A DNA stretch of 64,000 nt from Candidatus Uhrbacteria bacterium RIFCSPLOWO2_01_FULL_47_17 (GTDB taxonomy: Bacteria; Patescibacteriota; Patescibacteriia; UBA9934; GWF2-40-263). Where the stretch lies: NCBI GenBank assembly GCA_001791305.1, contig MGEI01000005.1:404208-468207 (forward strand), written 5' to 3'. Within the stretch, counting starts at the first letter, position 1. The number at the start of each line of letters is the position of its first letter. Positions 43,960-55,121 of the stretch are shown in pieces. Under the pieces are notes generated by a model. It was not told where the DNA came from, did not search any database, and saw nothing but the letters and a program-made list of their open reading frames with translations. Position numbers and translations under genes: made by a program.

Positions 43960-46900
43960 GTGTCGAATCAAGAGAAAAAAGGTGCATTCGGGTTCATTGT
44001 GAATGAAGCGGTTGGAAAAGTGGAACCTGTTCTTGTCGTAGTTGATAAGAATGGGGATGCAGAAGTGTTCGATGTTCTGAGTGTTCGTCAACAAGCATCA
44101 AAAAGTCTTCCGTTCGACGATTACGAGGCTCAGTTCCTCGATCTTGTGCGACAGAATCAGGTCGTCATCCTCGCGGCCGAAACCGGCGCGGGGAAGTCGA
44201 CCAAGGGTCCGCTCGCGCTCCTGCGTGCAGGGCTCGGTGGCAGCAAGTTGATCGGGGTTTCCGAACCTCGTCGACCGGCTGCAACCTTGCTTGCAAAGTG
44301 GGTGGCGGAACTTTACGGAACTAAACTTGGTGACGAGGTTGGTTATCAGATTGGTCAGGATCGCACGCTTGGATCCTCGACGAAGCTCGTGTATCTGACC
44401 GAAGGCGTCCTTCTGAACCAGCTCCACTCGGATCCGCTTCTCTCGCGCTACAGCGTCATCGTCCTCGACGAGGTGCATGAGCGTGGGGTGAATCAGGATT
44501 TGTTGATGGCGCTCGTGAAGAACGTGCTTCCGAAGCGGCCTGACCTCAAAGTTGTGGTCATGTCGGCCACGATCGATACGGACAAGTTTTCAAAGTACTT
44601 CGGCAATGCTCCTGTGCTCACGGTTCCCGGTCGGGTTTTCCCGGTTGAGATCCGTTATGCAAAGGAGACTCCGGAGAATGGCAACATGGTCAAGGCTGCG
44701 ATCGAAAAGGTTCTCGAGATTTTGCATAGCAACGAGCCGGGCGACATCCTCGTTTTCCTCCCGGATCAGTCCACCATCATGCAAGTTGTGAGCGCGCTCG
44801 AAAAAGAAATGGAGCGCGAACTCTCGCGTTACCGGTTCCTGCCGCTTTACGGCTCGCAGGCACCGGATGATCAAGCCGAAGTCTTCGTGGTCGATCATCG
44901 TCGTCGCGTCATTGTGGCGACGAACATCGCGGAAACCTCGCTCACGATTGATCCTCTTGGACACACCGTCGATTCTGGGCTCATCAAGGCGACGGTCTAC
45001 GTCGATGCCAACATGTCCGCGCTGCAAGTGACCGAGCATTCGAAAGCTGGTTGCAATCAACGCGCAGGACGAGTTGGTCGAACCAAAGGTGGTATCTGCC
45101 ACCGTCTGTATACGAGAGAAGATTTCGAAAGCCGCGTGGAATTCACGAAGCCCGAGATCTTGCGCATGTCGCTCGATCAAGTGCTTCTGGACCTGCGTTG
45201 CATGAAGCATTCGCTTGCGGAAATCCTCGCTCTCGACCTCATGGATGCTCCGAAGCCCGAACAGTGGAAGGACGCCGAAACGCGTCTGAAGCTGCTTGGT
45301 GCGCTCGGCGCGGACGGGGAGGTCACGAAGGATGGGTTCAGGATGAAGAAGTTCCATGTGGAGCCGATGATCGGCCGCATGATCCTTGAGGGCGAAAAGC
45401 ACGGATGTCTGGAAGAAGTGATCGTGATCGCTGCGTGCCTTGCAAGTACGCGCCCGATCTTCGTCGCTCCGAAAGACAAGCGTGAAGAAGCTCGCAGGGC
45501 AAAGAAGGCCTTCGACGATCCGAACTCGGACTTGCTCACCTTTCTCAAGGTGTGGAGGATCTGGGATCAGTCCGAAGGAGATCATCGTTGGGCGAGGGAA
45601 AATTTCCTCTCGTCTCGTGCGCTCAGTCAGGTGGATCGCATGCGCGACCAGCTGATCGATACGCTCGAGCGTGAAGGGGTTGAATACTCGTCTTCGAATA
45701 ACGAGCTCGCGCTCCGTAAGGCGGTTGCCGCGGGACTCATCGTGAATATTGCGCAGAGGACAGGCGAATACAATTACGCATGGAACGGTCGCGGAACGTT
45801 CATCTCTCCAGGCTCCGCGCTGTTTGGAGATGATCCGCCGCGACTGCTCGTGTGCACCAAAGTCATGGAATCCACTTCGACCCGTACGAATAATCGAACG
45901 GGACGTCCGGAACAGGTGACACGTGCATACATGCACAACTGTCACGCGATTGAACTTGCGTGGCTGAATGAACTCGTGCCCGCGGAAGCGTGCGTGGTTG
46001 ATGTGACTTTTGAGACGGATTATGAAACGAAGAAGGATCAGTTGGTGTATCGACGTTCGTGGAACGGAATCGAACTCGAGCGTAAAACCTTGGAGACGAT
46101 TCCGGAATCACTCATTCCGTTCATTGCCGCTTGGGTGACCAAGCAGCTTGCAGACGGGTATGGATTTTTCTGTGATAGCGCGCCGCAGCTCGTGAAGATA
46201 AAGAAGCGGATCGCTCCAGCGATTCCGTTGTATGTCTTTGGTGACGAACGGCGTCAGCTCATGCAGCCGACCATGGAATTGTTTACGAAAGCGATTGCGA
46301 AGAAGATCGCGGGGAAGCCCACGATCGAACTCGTTCTCGCGGCAGTGAACGCAATCACCGCGGAAGACATTTTGATCGGTGACGCACTCAAGGTTTACCA
46401 AGCGCAACACGCGGCAGAGATGCAACGTGAGCGTGAGGAAACCGAGGCGCGTGCTCGTCGTGAACAAAACCTGCGCGAACAACAGGAACGCATGTTGGAA
46501 CAGCAGCGAAAGTCTCGCGAAAAGGCCGCGCAAGAGCGAGCCGAACGTGAGCGGATTGAAGCTGAGCGGTGCGTGACGGTTCGTTCGAACGTGGTTCGTC
46601 TTCCGGAGTCGCTTGTGGATCAACGCGAGTTGATTCTCCTGTGGCTCTCGGAGCTCGAAGAGGCAAAGACCGCGCTTCAAGCCGAACTCGCATGGGTGGA
46701 AACACTCAAGCGTGGTGTGGTGAAAGGTGAGATCATTGCTCTCACGTTTCGTGATCGGGGTGACGGGTTCATGGTTGCGGATTGGAAACGTGAGTTGGTC
46801 ATGGCTCCGGCAAACGACCTCGCTCATTATCCGAAAAGCAACGAATCTTGGTGGTGCCACGTGATTCCTAGGAACGGTCCGACGCAAATTTTGCTCTGCC

Positions 46901-46992
46901 GCAAGGTAGGCAAGAAGCGGGCAGACATCGAGAAAATCCTTCAAGATGGTCTCGAAATGTTCCCCGGCCTCCCGAGTCAGCTCCTTCAGTAG
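43960..46992 (+). CDS. hrpA: ATP-dependent DEAH-box RNA helicase HrpA-like
   Basis: AAETGAGKST (motif I), LDEVHER (DEVH), MSATID and QRAGRVGR, plus HA2/OB-like regions and a coiled-coil C-terminal extension. GTG start with an AAAGAGGTG SD. Confidence 0.75.
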   Translation: MSNQEKKGAFGFIVNEAVGKVEPVLVVVDKNGDAEVFDVLSVRQQASKSLPFDDYEAQFLDLVRQNQVVILAAETGAGKSTKGPLALLRAGLGGSKLIGVSEPRRPAATLLAKWVAELYGTKLGDEVGYQIGQDRTLGSSTKLVYLTEGVLLNQLHSDPLLSRYSVIVLDEVHERGVNQDLLMALVKNVLPKRPDLKVVVMSATIDTDKFSKYFGNAPVLTVPGRVFPVEIRYAKETPENGNMVKAAIEKVLEILHSNEPGDILVFLPDQSTIMQVVSALEKEMERELSRYRFLPLYGSQAPDDQAEVFVVDHRRRVIVATNIAETSLTIDPLGHTVDSGLIKATVYVDANMSALQVTEHSKAGCNQRAGRVGRTKGGICHRLYTREDFESRVEFTKPEILRMSLDQVLLDLRCMKHSLAEILALDLMDAPKPEQWKDAETRLKLLGALGADGEVTKDGFRMKKFHVEPMIGRMILEGEKHGCLEEVIVIAACLASTRPIFVAPKDKREEARRAKKAFDDPNSDLLTFLKVWRIWDQSEGDHRWARENFLSSRALSQVDRMRDQLIDTLEREGVEYSSSNNELALRKAVAAGLIVNIAQRTGEYNYAWNGRGTFISPGSALFGDDPPRLLVCTKVMESTSTRTNNRTGRPEQVTRAYMHNCHAIELAWLNELVPAEACVVDVTFETDYETKKDQLVYRRSWNGIELERKTLETIPESLIPFIAAWVTKQLADGYGFFCDSAPQLVKIKKRIAPAIPLYVFGDERRQLMQPTMELFTKAIAKKIAGKPTIELVLAAVNAITAEDILIGDALKVYQAQHAAEMQREREETEARARREQNLREQQERMLEQQRKSREKAAQERAERERIEAERCVTVRSNVVRLPESLVDQRELILLWLSELEEAKTALQAELAWVETLKRGVVKGEIIALTFRDRGDGFMVADWKRELVMAPANDLAHYPKSNESWWCHVIPRNGPTQILLCRKVGKKRADIEKILQDGLEMFPGLPSQLLQ

Positions 46993-47205
46993 AAGGTTTC
47001 TTACCCCAGATGTTCACTGAACACCTGGGGTTTTTCTTTTCCCCAATATTCTTGACGCTTTTCCCCCTCCGTGATATCTTTTGGCCACATAAAACGCTGC
47101 TGAAATTCAGAAATTCGTCGACCTCAATTTATTTGAGTTTTATTTTTCTTATAACGTCTTTATTGGCCCAACGGGTCGTCTGGCTTTTCCGAGCCTTCCA
47201 CAATT

Positions 47206-47634
47206 ATGCCAACAGTCAATCAACTTATTCGTAAAGGCCGACATCCAAAAGGATCCAAGACAAAATCTCCAGCCATGCAATACACCTTCGATTCTTTGCA
47301 CCGCAAAAAAACAACCCTCACAAAGGGAAGTCCATTTAAGCGCGGTGTTTGTGTAAAGGTTGCAACCATGACTCCAAAGAAGCCAAACTCTGCTATTCGT
47401 AAAATTGCGCGCGTGCGTCTTTCAAACGGAACAGAAGTAAACGCTTACATCCCAGGAGAAGGACACAACTTGCAAGAGCACTCAATCGTCATGATTCGTG
47501 GTGGTCGTGTAAAAGATCTTCCGGGTGTTCGTTATCACATCGTTCGCGGTGTGTATGACGCCCAAGGAGTAAAGGGTCGTATGCAAGGTCGTTCAAAATA
47601 CGGCGCACAACGTCCTAAAGTCAAAAAAGCTTAA
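47206..47634 (+). CDS. rpsL: 30S ribosomal protein S12 (with a ~18-aa internal insertion)
   Basis: [12 protein letters not shown]...KRGVCVKV...[10 protein letters not shown]...[10 protein letters not shown]...[14 protein letters not shown]. Confidence 0.9.
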   Translation: MPTVNQLIRKGRHPKGSKTKSPAMQYTFDSLHRKKTTLTKGSPFKRGVCVKVATMTPKKPNSAIRKIARVRLSNGTEVNAYIPGEGHNLQEHSIVMIRGGRVKDLPGVRYHIVRGVYDAQGVKGRMQGRSKYGAQRPKVKKA

Positions 47635-47705
47635 CATTTATTCATGAGTGGAGTACCTGATTATTGAGTCAGGGAATAAATTCCATTCGATTATTTCATA
47701 ACATT

Positions 47706-48173
47706 ATGCGCGGAAAAAAAGCTACTCGACGTGAGATTACTCCAGACCCAAAGTTTGGAAATGTTGTTGTTGCAAAACTCATCAACACCATCATGCAAAA
47801 CGGAAAGAAAACCGTTGCACAAGGAATTGTGTATGACGCGTTTGAACTCATGAACAAAAAAACAAACGAAGATCCTATTGAAACATTTGAAAAAGCTTTG
47901 AAGAACGTCATGCCTTCGCTTGAAGTGAAGTCAAAGCGTGTTGGTGGTGCTAACTATCAAGTTCCGATGTCTGTTCGTGGTGATCGTCGTTATCTTTTGA
48001 CATTTCGCTGGATTATTACAGCCGCTCGCGCAAAGAAAGGTCGCCGTATGGCAGAAAAACTTTCAGACGAATTGCTCGCAGCTGCAGCAGGAGAAGGGGA
48101 CGCCGTAAAAAAGAAATTGGATGTTCAACGCATGGCAGAGGCAAACCGCGCGTTTGCTCACTTTGCGAAATAA
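47706..48173 (+). CDS. rpsG: 30S ribosomal protein S7
   Basis: MRGKKATRREITPDPKFGN...; start taken at the internal Met. Confidence 0.85.
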   Translation: MRGKKATRREITPDPKFGNVVVAKLINTIMQNGKKTVAQGIVYDAFELMNKKTNEDPIETFEKALKNVMPSLEVKSKRVGGANYQVPMSVRGDRRYLLTFRWIITAARAKKGRRMAEKLSDELLAAAAGEGDAVKKKLDVQRMAEANRAFAHFAK

Positions 48174-48236
48174 TTTTTTCCATTCTTCTATTCTATTTCT
48201 GTACGGGCGACTCGTGAGTCGCCCCTACGATCATTT

Positions 48237-50336
48237 ATGCCTCGTGAATACCCACTGCAGGACGTTCGTAACTTCGGAATTTTCGCTCACATCGATGCAG
48301 GAAAAACAACCGTTTCTGAACGCGTGCTTTTTTACACAGGAAAGAAACACAAAATTGGTGAAGTGCATGAAGGTGCTGCAACCATGGACTGGATGGAACA
48401 AGAAAAGGAACGTGGAATTACCATCACAGCCGCTGCAACAACGTGTTTTTGGAAAGATCACCAATTGAACTTGATTGATACTCCAGGACACATCGACTTT
48501 ACCGTTGAGGTGAAGCGCTCGATGCGTGTTTTGGATGGAGGAGTTGCTGTGTTTGATGGTGTTGCCGGAGTGGAACCACAATCCGAAACTAACTGGCGCT
48601 ATGCGGATGATTTTAAAGTGCCTCGTATTGTTTTTATTAACAAACTTGATCGCACAGGAGCAGATTTTTACAAGGATGTTGCGTCTGTTCACAACCGTCT
48701 CACAAAGCGCGCATACTGCATTCAACTTCCAATCGGAACAGAAGGTGGATTCAATGGAATCATCGATCTTTTGAAAATGCGTGCGTTCATGTACCGAGAT
48801 GAAACCGGACGTGAAATTGAAGAGACGGATATTCCAGAAGATTACAAAGCGAAAGCAGATGTATATCGCACCATCCTCGTTGAAGCTGTTTGTGAAAATG
48901 ACGAGAAGCTCATGGAAAAATATTTGGCCGGTGAATTTATTACCGAGGCTGAAATGAATCCTGTGATTCGTCGCACAACCATCTCAAACGAATTCATTCC
49001 AATCATGTGTGGTTCCGCGCTGAAAAACAAAGGTGTTCAACTTTTGTTGGATGCGGTTGTTGCGTATCTTCCAAGCCCACTCGATGTTCCAGCCTTTCAC
49101 GGAACAGATCCAGATGATCATGAAATCATCATTGATCGTCACTCCTCTGATTCTGAACCATTTGCCGCCCTCGCGTTTAAGATCGCAGCGGATCCATTTG
49201 TTGGAAAGCTCGCCTTTTTCCGCGTGTACTCCGGTTCGGTAAAAGCAGGAACATACATTTTGAACTCTTCAAACGGGGCAAAGGAACGTGTCGGACGTAT
49301 CGTCCGCTTGCACGCAAACACCCGTGAAGAAATTCAAGAAGTGTTTGCGGGAGAAATCGCCGCAATGGTAGGACTCAAAGAAACATTTACTGGTCACACA
49401 CTTTGTGATCCTGAAAACCCAATTTTGCTCGAGGCGATTGTGTTCCCAGAACCAGTTATCTCGATTGCGATTGAACCAAAAACAAAAGGAGACCAAGAAA
49501 AAATGGGAGTTGCTCTTCAAAAATTGGCTGAAGAAGACCCAACCTTCCGCGTTCGTACGGACGAGGAAACAAACCAAGTCATTATTTCCGGAATGGGAGA
49601 ACTTCACCTCGACATTATTGTCGATCGTATGAAGCGCGAGTTCTCCGTTGACTGTAACGTTGGAACTCCACAGGTTTCTTACCGCGAAACCATTAAAGGA
49701 AACGCGGAAGGAGAAGGAAAATACGTTCGTCAAACCGGTGGAAAGGGACAATACGGACACGCAGTTGTGCGTATCGAAAAATTGCCACCAGGATCTGGAT
49801 TCGAGTTTGAAGAAGAAATTAAAGGTGGATCCGTTCCAAAAGAATTCTTTAATCCAATCGAAAAAGGTGCACACGAAGCCGCAGATCGCGGAGTTATCGC
49901 TGGATATCCTCTTCTCGACGTTAAGGTTATCTTGACTGATGGAAGTTTCCACGATGTCGACTCTTCCGAAGCCGCCTTTAAAATCGCAGGATCGATGGCG
50001 TTCCAAGACGCAGCAAAGAAAGCTGGCGTGGAACTCATGGAGCCAATCATGAAAGTTGAAACAGTTACACCAGAAGACTTCATGGGATCTGTTGTTGGAG
50101 ACATGAACGCAAAGCGCGGACAAATTCAAAGCATGGAAGACCGCTCAGGAGCAAAAGTCATCCTCGCGTTTATTCCACTCGCAGAAATGTTCGGCTACGC
50201 AACAACGCTTCGCAGCATGACCCAGGGCCGCGCAAGTTACTCCATGGAATTTGATCACTACGATTCCGTTCCAAGTAACGTGTCAAAGGAAATTATTGAG
50301 AAACGTGGAGGACAGAACAGACGTGTTGGAGGTTAA
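48237..50336 (+). CDS. fusA: Elongation factor G
   Basis: [22 protein letters not shown], 699 aa. Confidence 0.9.
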   Translation: MPREYPLQDVRNFGIFAHIDAGKTTVSERVLFYTGKKHKIGEVHEGAATMDWMEQEKERGITITAAATTCFWKDHQLNLIDTPGHIDFTVEVKRSMRVLDGGVAVFDGVAGVEPQSETNWRYADDFKVPRIVFINKLDRTGADFYKDVASVHNRLTKRAYCIQLPIGTEGGFNGIIDLLKMRAFMYRDETGREIEETDIPEDYKAKADVYRTILVEAVCENDEKLMEKYLAGEFITEAEMNPVIRRTTISNEFIPIMCGSALKNKGVQLLLDAVVAYLPSPLDVPAFHGTDPDDHEIIIDRHSSDSEPFAALAFKIAADPFVGKLAFFRVYSGSVKAGTYILNSSNGAKERVGRIVRLHANTREEIQEVFAGEIAAMVGLKETFTGHTLCDPENPILLEAIVFPEPVISIAIEPKTKGDQEKMGVALQKLAEEDPTFRVRTDEETNQVIISGMGELHLDIIVDRMKREFSVDCNVGTPQVSYRETIKGNAEGEGKYVRQTGGKGQYGHAVVRIEKLPPGSGFEFEEEIKGGSVPKEFFNPIEKGAHEAADRGVIAGYPLLDVKVILTDGSFHDVDSSEAAFKIAGSMAFQDAAKKAGVELMEPIMKVETVTPEDFMGSVVGDMNAKRGQIQSMEDRSGAKVILAFIPLAEMFGYATTLRSMTQGRASYSMEFDHYDSVPSNVSKEIIEKRGGQNRRVGG

Positions 50337-50351
50337 ACGATTAGAAAAAGA

Positions 50352-50384
50352 AAAAACCGAGCCTCACACGAGGCTCGGTTTTAG
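50352..50384. terminator. Bidirectional terminator after fusA
   Basis: AACCGAGCCTCacacGAGGCTCGGTT flanked by A and T runs. Confidence 0.6.
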
Positions 50385-50923
50385 GTTTTGATATATAATC
50401 TCACATTCTCAATTGTCTTCTCCTCTTTCCATTTCGGAAACTTAAATCCATTTGCTACCACTCTCGCACCAACCGGCAATTCTTTTTGTAACTTTTCTTC
50501 AATTCCTTTCATGGCGTAAGAGATCTGGTAGAGCAACACGAGATTTGTGTTTGAAACATCAACATGCCAAAATGATTCAGGACGTATTTCGATTTTGTCG
50601 GAAAGATGTTCGTTCTCGACCAACTCGCGAGACTGCTTCACAAGCCAATGTTGAATTTCATACCCGATCGATTTTTTCGCTCCAGCTTTTGCGGCCGCAA
50701 TGAGCAATCGACCATCGCCGCTTCCGAGATCCATGACGATATCGTTCGGCTGGATATTCGCAAGTTCAAGCATGGCAGGAATAGCTTCGACGGGAGTGCC
50801 AACATAAATTCCGCCGCCGGCGAATGTTGGAATCATGACGCAAATCAAATCGCGTGTGGCGAAGAAGAGGTAAAAAAGCGCACCAATTCCAATGATACCC
50901 AAGAGAAGATAAAGAAAAACCAT
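50381..50923 (-). CDS. Class I SAM-dependent methyltransferase with an N-terminal TM anchor
   Basis: VMDLGSGDGRLLIAAA (motif I); inserted between fusA and tuf on the opposite strand. Confidence 0.55.
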   Translation of the reverse strand: MVFLYLLLGIIGIGALFYLFFATRDLICVMIPTFAGGGIYVGTPVEAIPAMLELANIQPNDIVMDLGSGDGRLLIAAAKAGAKKSIGYEIQHWLVKQSRELVENEHLSDKIEIRPESFWHVDVSNTNLVLLYQISYAMKGIEEKLQKELPVGARVVANGFKFPKWKEEKTIENVRLYIKT

Positions 50924-51940
50924 ATGATTCCAAAAAAAGTGTTAGTTGCGTTTGGGTTTACGAGAGTCACTTCGACAAAACAACTCGCAAGCGGACTCAT
51001 TCACCAAACATATCGCATCAAGAATGATCGGAAGCAGTATATCATCCAACGTTTACACCCGGTACTTGCGTCGAAAGAAATCGCGAACGATTTTTTGGTT
51101 GTCACAAAATATTTGAAGGAAGAAAAGTTCCTCGCACCCGAGTGTCTTCTTTCAAAAAAGGGCGAAGTGCTCGTCGATGATGGGGAATGGAAGTGGCGCG
51201 TACAGACATTTGTTCCTGGAAAAACCGTCTCCTTATTAAAGGATGCGAAGATGGCGACGGAAGCGGGGAAGATTTATGCGCGGTTCCACGAAACAGTCGC
51301 ATTGATGCCGTATAAATTTCAATCGAAGAAAATTTTGCATGATACAGAGGCGCTTTTCGAAAAGTTTCGCCACACGGTTGATGCGTATCGCGACTCTGAA
51401 CTTATGCTCGATGTTATTCATGATGTTGTGTTTCTTCTCGAGCAAACACCAAGATTTTTTTTACCTAACACATTGCCACTTCGCGTGATTCACGGTGATC
51501 CAAAAATTTCGAACATTCTTTTCGATAAAGTTGGAAAAGCAAAAGCGCTTGTGGATCTCGACACAGTGAATCGCCGACCTGTGCTCGTTGAGCTTGGGGA
51601 TGCGTTTCGTTCTTGGTGTGGTGGAAGGGAAGATGACCCGAAGAGTGTGTTTTCGATCCCAATGTTCCGCGCAGCTTGGAAGGGATATGCCTCGAACGCA
51701 ACATTTTTAACGAAAACAGAGCGTAAATACGTCGGAAAAGCAATTGGAACGATCACGCTCGAGCTTGCTTGCCGATTCATGACGGATTACTTTGTTGACG
51801 ATTACTTTGGTTGGGATGCGTCTCGATATGCATCTCGACGCGCTCATAATCTTGCTCGCGCGCGGGGACAAATTGTCGAATTCAAAGATTACCTAAAAAA
51901 GCGCGAAATCATTGAGAAAATCATTCAAAAATCTGCTTGA
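50924..51940 (+). CDS. Aminoglycoside/choline-kinase-like phosphotransferase (APH family)
   Basis: Brenner motif VIHGDPKISNILFD and LVDLDTV. Its ATG abuts the divergent MTase start (CATATG). Confidence 0.55.
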   Translation: MIPKKVLVAFGFTRVTSTKQLASGLIHQTYRIKNDRKQYIIQRLHPVLASKEIANDFLVVTKYLKEEKFLAPECLLSKKGEVLVDDGEWKWRVQTFVPGKTVSLLKDAKMATEAGKIYARFHETVALMPYKFQSKKILHDTEALFEKFRHTVDAYRDSELMLDVIHDVVFLLEQTPRFFLPNTLPLRVIHGDPKISNILFDKVGKAKALVDLDTVNRRPVLVELGDAFRSWCGGREDDPKSVFSIPMFRAAWKGYASNATFLTKTERKYVGKAIGTITLELACRFMTDYFVDDYFGWDASRYASRRAHNLARARGQIVEFKDYLKKREIIEKIIQKSA

Positions 51941-51972
51941 CAGGGGGCTCGAATCGACTAAAATGCGGACAT

Positions 51973-52485
51973 ATGAAAGATCAGCTCAAACGCATCTTGA
52001 ATCTGGTTCGTAAAACCGGTGACACTATGATTGTTACGGATCCGGATGGGGAAGATGTTTATGTTGTGATGGGGCTCGATCGGTATGAAGATCTTCGCAA
52101 TGAGACGGGTTTTGATGAAGAAATGGCTGAAGATGAGTGGAATCGGTTTGAAGAAGAGCAAAAACGTCTGGGTGATTGGGATGCAAACAGTGACTTTTTG
52201 TCCAAGAATGAGGAGCCTGAGGAGTCCGTCGTTGAAAACACTCCAGACATCTGGAACACGATGAAGCCGGCGGGAGAGGTGGGTGAAACCTGGGATTTGG
52301 CTCAATTATCTGAGGAGGAGGCGGTAAATCTTGAGGAACAGTATAAAAAGTATACACAGGAGTTCGTCATGGGTTCCGTTCCTGAATCTATTTTAGAGAC
52401 AAAAATTGAAGAAATTCCACCAAAATTAGCAGAAAATGAGGAGGATTTTGGTGAAGAACAGTTTTATCTCGAACCGATTGAGTAA
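51973..52485 (+). CDS. Phd/YefM-like N-terminal domain followed by a long acidic tail
   Basis: MKDQLKRILNLVRKTGDTMIVTDPDGEDVYVVMGLDRYEDL resembles the YefM antitoxin fold; it is followed by ~130 aa rich in Glu/Asp. Confidence 0.35.
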   Translation: MKDQLKRILNLVRKTGDTMIVTDPDGEDVYVVMGLDRYEDLRNETGFDEEMAEDEWNRFEEEQKRLGDWDANSDFLSKNEEPEESVVENTPDIWNTMKPAGEVGETWDLAQLSEEEAVNLEEQYKKYTQEFVMGSVPESILETKIEEIPPKLAENEEDFGEEQFYLEPIE

Positions 52486-52488
52486 GAC

Positions 52489-52517
52489 TTGCGCGATTTA
52501 AAAGGGTTTGCTATACT
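52489..52517 (+). promoter_or_regulatory. tuf promoter TTGCGC-N17-TATACT
   Basis: Lies between the acidic-protein gene and the tuf start. Confidence 0.4.
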
Positions 52518-52596
52518 TTCGCCTGTCTCGAAAGGTCAACTCTTTTCGATAAATAAGCAAAAATTAATTTTGGGCGTTAAGCCCTTTCTCATCTTT

Positions 52597-53790
52597 ATGG
52601 CAGAAGTATTTGCGCGCACCAAGCCGCACGTTAACGTTGGAACCATTGGTCACGTTGACCACGGTAAGACAACAACAACAGCTGCCCTCCTCGCCGTTTT
52701 GGGTGCGAGAGGACTTGCTGCACAATCAAAGGGAATGGACGATTTGGACAAAGCTCCAGAGTCAAAAGCTCGTGGAATCACGATCGCAACCGCTCACTGT
52801 GAATATGAGTCTGAAAAGCGTCACTACGCTCATGTGGACTGTCCAGGACACGCTGACTACATCAAAAACATGATCACAGGTGCTGCTCAAATGGACGGCG
52901 CAATCTTGGTTGTTTCTGCTGCAGACGGCCCAATGCCACAAACACGTGAGCACATTTTGCTCGCGCACCAAGTTGGAGTTCCAGCCATGGTGGTCTTCTT
53001 GAACAAAGTAGACATGGTTGACGACCCAGAACTTATTGATCTTGTTGAAGAAGAAGTTCGTGATCTTTTGAAAAAATACAAATTCCCAGGCGACGAAGTA
53101 CCTGTTATTCGCGGATCTGCATTGAAAGCCCTTCAAAACCCAACAGACGAAGCTGCTTCAAAATGCATCATGGATATCGTGAATGCGCTCGACACCTACA
53201 TCCCAGAGCCAGTTCGTGAAACAGACAAGCCACTCCTCATGCCAATTGAAGACGTCTTCTCTATTGAAGGACGTGGAACAGTGGTAACAGGACGCATTGA
53301 GCGCGGAACTATCAACTTGAACGATGAAGTTCAATTGGTCGGAATCCACGAAGAACCACAAAAAACAATCGTTACTGGAATCGAAATGTTTAACAAGTCT
53401 TTGGCTCAAGGACTTGCTGGTGACAACGCTGGAATTTTGCTTCGCGGAATCAAGAAAGAAGATGTTGAGCGCGGAATGGTCCTTGCAAAACCAGGATCCA
53501 TCACCCCTCACACAGAATTCGAAGCAGAAATTTACGCCCTCACAAAAGAAGAAGGTGGACGCCACAAACCATTCTTTAAAGGATACAAGCCTCAGTTCTA
53601 CGTCCGTACAACAGACGTAACAGGTGAAGTTATTCTTCCAGAAGGAACAGAGATGGTTATGCCTGGAGACACTGTTAGCGCAACCGTTAAACTCATCCAC
53701 CCAGTTGCTTTGGAAGAAAAGATGAACTTCGCTATTCGCGAAGGTGGAAAAACAGTTGGAGCCGGAATCGTTGTAAAAATTATCAAGTAA
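52597..53790 (+). CDS. tuf: Elongation factor Tu
   Basis: [26 protein letters not shown], 397 aa. Confidence 0.9.
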   Translation: MAEVFARTKPHVNVGTIGHVDHGKTTTTAALLAVLGARGLAAQSKGMDDLDKAPESKARGITIATAHCEYESEKRHYAHVDCPGHADYIKNMITGAAQMDGAILVVSAADGPMPQTREHILLAHQVGVPAMVVFLNKVDMVDDPELIDLVEEEVRDLLKKYKFPGDEVPVIRGSALKALQNPTDEAASKCIMDIVNALDTYIPEPVRETDKPLLMPIEDVFSIEGRGTVVTGRIERGTINLNDEVQLVGIHEEPQKTIVTGIEMFNKSLAQGLAGDNAGILLRGIKKEDVERGMVLAKPGSITPHTEFEAEIYALTKEEGGRHKPFFKGYKPQFYVRTTDVTGEVILPEGTEMVMPGDTVSATVKLIHPVALEEKMNFAIREGGKTVGAGIVVKIIK

Positions 53791-53846
53791 TTTAACGTGT
53801 AAGGGGCGCTTCCCGCTCCTTACACATCGTTCTTTCTTTCATAATT

Positions 53847-54185
53847 GTGAGCAATACAACTACAAAAAAAGAACAAGAGGACAAGCCACGCTTGCGCATC
53901 AAAATTCGTGCATATGATAGCAAGATCATTGATCAAGCTACAGAAACGATTTTGAAAACAGTTGAGCGTTCCGGAGCAAAAGTGATTGGCCCAATTCCTC
54001 TTCCAACAGAGAAGAAGAAATATACCGTTAACCGCTCTACGTTCGTCCACAAAGATTCTCGTGATCAGTTTGAAATGCGTATTCATAAGCGCATTATTGA
54101 CATCACAGAAACAACAGACAAAACTATTGATGCCTTGATGAGTTTAAACCTCCCAGCTGGTGTTGATGTCGAAATCAAAACATAA
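53847..54185 (+). CDS. rpsJ: 30S ribosomal protein S10 (GTG start)
   Basis: [21 protein letters not shown]... Confidence 0.85.
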   Translation: MSNTTTKKEQEDKPRLRIKIRAYDSKIIDQATETILKTVERSGAKVIGPIPLPTEKKKYTVNRSTFVHKDSRDQFEMRIHKRIIDITETTDKTIDALMSLNLPAGVDVEIKT

Positions 54186-54476
54186 CCCTGACTTCGGTCA
54201 GGTTTCAGAGAAAAGAACTTTTCTTTCTTCTGAAGCCTGACTGAATCAAGCAATCAATTAAACAAGGAAGAAAGATCTTACGCATCTGGTACGTACTTGC
54301 AAGAAAACCTTCCTGAGCTTTGAGCGATTGTCCCGGAGATTATTACATTGTAAGCAACAATTCCTTCGTACAAACGGTATTCCTCCAGAATTTTGGAGAT
54401 CTTGTATTAGGGGCTAGAAGCCGAACGTTATTTGTAAAAATGACTTTCGACTTCTAGCTTTTGTGCTAGTAAGCAT

Positions 54477-55121
54477 TTGAAAACACGTATGCCATTTATC
54501 ATCGGACGCAAAGTCGAAATGACACAACAATTTAAGGATGACGGTACCGTCGTTCCGGTTACGCTTATTAAAGCCGAGCCAAATATTGTTACCCAAATCC
54601 GCGAAGAATCACGCGACGGTTACGTTGCGGTTCAAGTTGGATCTGAGGTTACAACCAAATCACTCGTTAAGAGTGAGGCGGGGCACCTCACAGACCTTCC
54701 GCAAGTGAAAACATTGCGTGAGTTTCGTGTGGCGCGTGTTCCAGAAAATTACGTTCGTGGAGCAAAGATTCGCGTAAGTGATTTTGTTCCTGGTACAAAA
54801 GTTGATATCGTCGGTGTTTCAAAAGGACGTGGATTTGCTGGTGTGATGAAACGCCATCACTTCTCAGGAAGTAAAGCAACACACGGTAACAAAGATCAAC
54901 AACGTATGGGAGGTTCCATTGGTTCTCAACGCCAAGGAAAAGTTATCAAGGGTCAACGCATGGGTGGACATATGGGTGATGTGCGTGTGACCGTTAAAAA
55001 TCTTGAAGTTGTCTCCTTTGATGCAGATAAAAACTTACTTGCAGTAAAAGGTGCGATTCCAGGTGCACGTGGAGGACTTATCTTGGTTCGTTCACATGAA
55101 AGAAAACAATTATGGCAGTAG
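54477..55121 (+). CDS. rplC: 50S ribosomal protein L3
   Basis: GRKVEMTQQF...; 214 aa. Confidence 0.85.
   Translation: MKTRMPFIIGRKVEMTQQFKDDGTVVPVTLIKAEPNIVTQIREESRDGYVAVQVGSEVTTKSLVKSEAGHLTDLPQVKTLREFRVARVPENYVRGAKIRVSDFVPGTKVDIVGVSKGRGFAGVMKRHHFSGSKATHGNKDQQRMGGSIGSQRQGKVIKGQRMGGHMGDVRVTVKNLEVVSFDADKNLLAVKGAIPGARGGLILVRSHERKQLWQ

Noticed and set aside
44590-46944. Two long minus-strand ORFs (451 aa and 278 aa)
   Set aside because: Antisense shadows of the hrpA helicase gene.
49269-50129. 286-aa minus-strand ORF
   Set aside because: Antisense to fusA.
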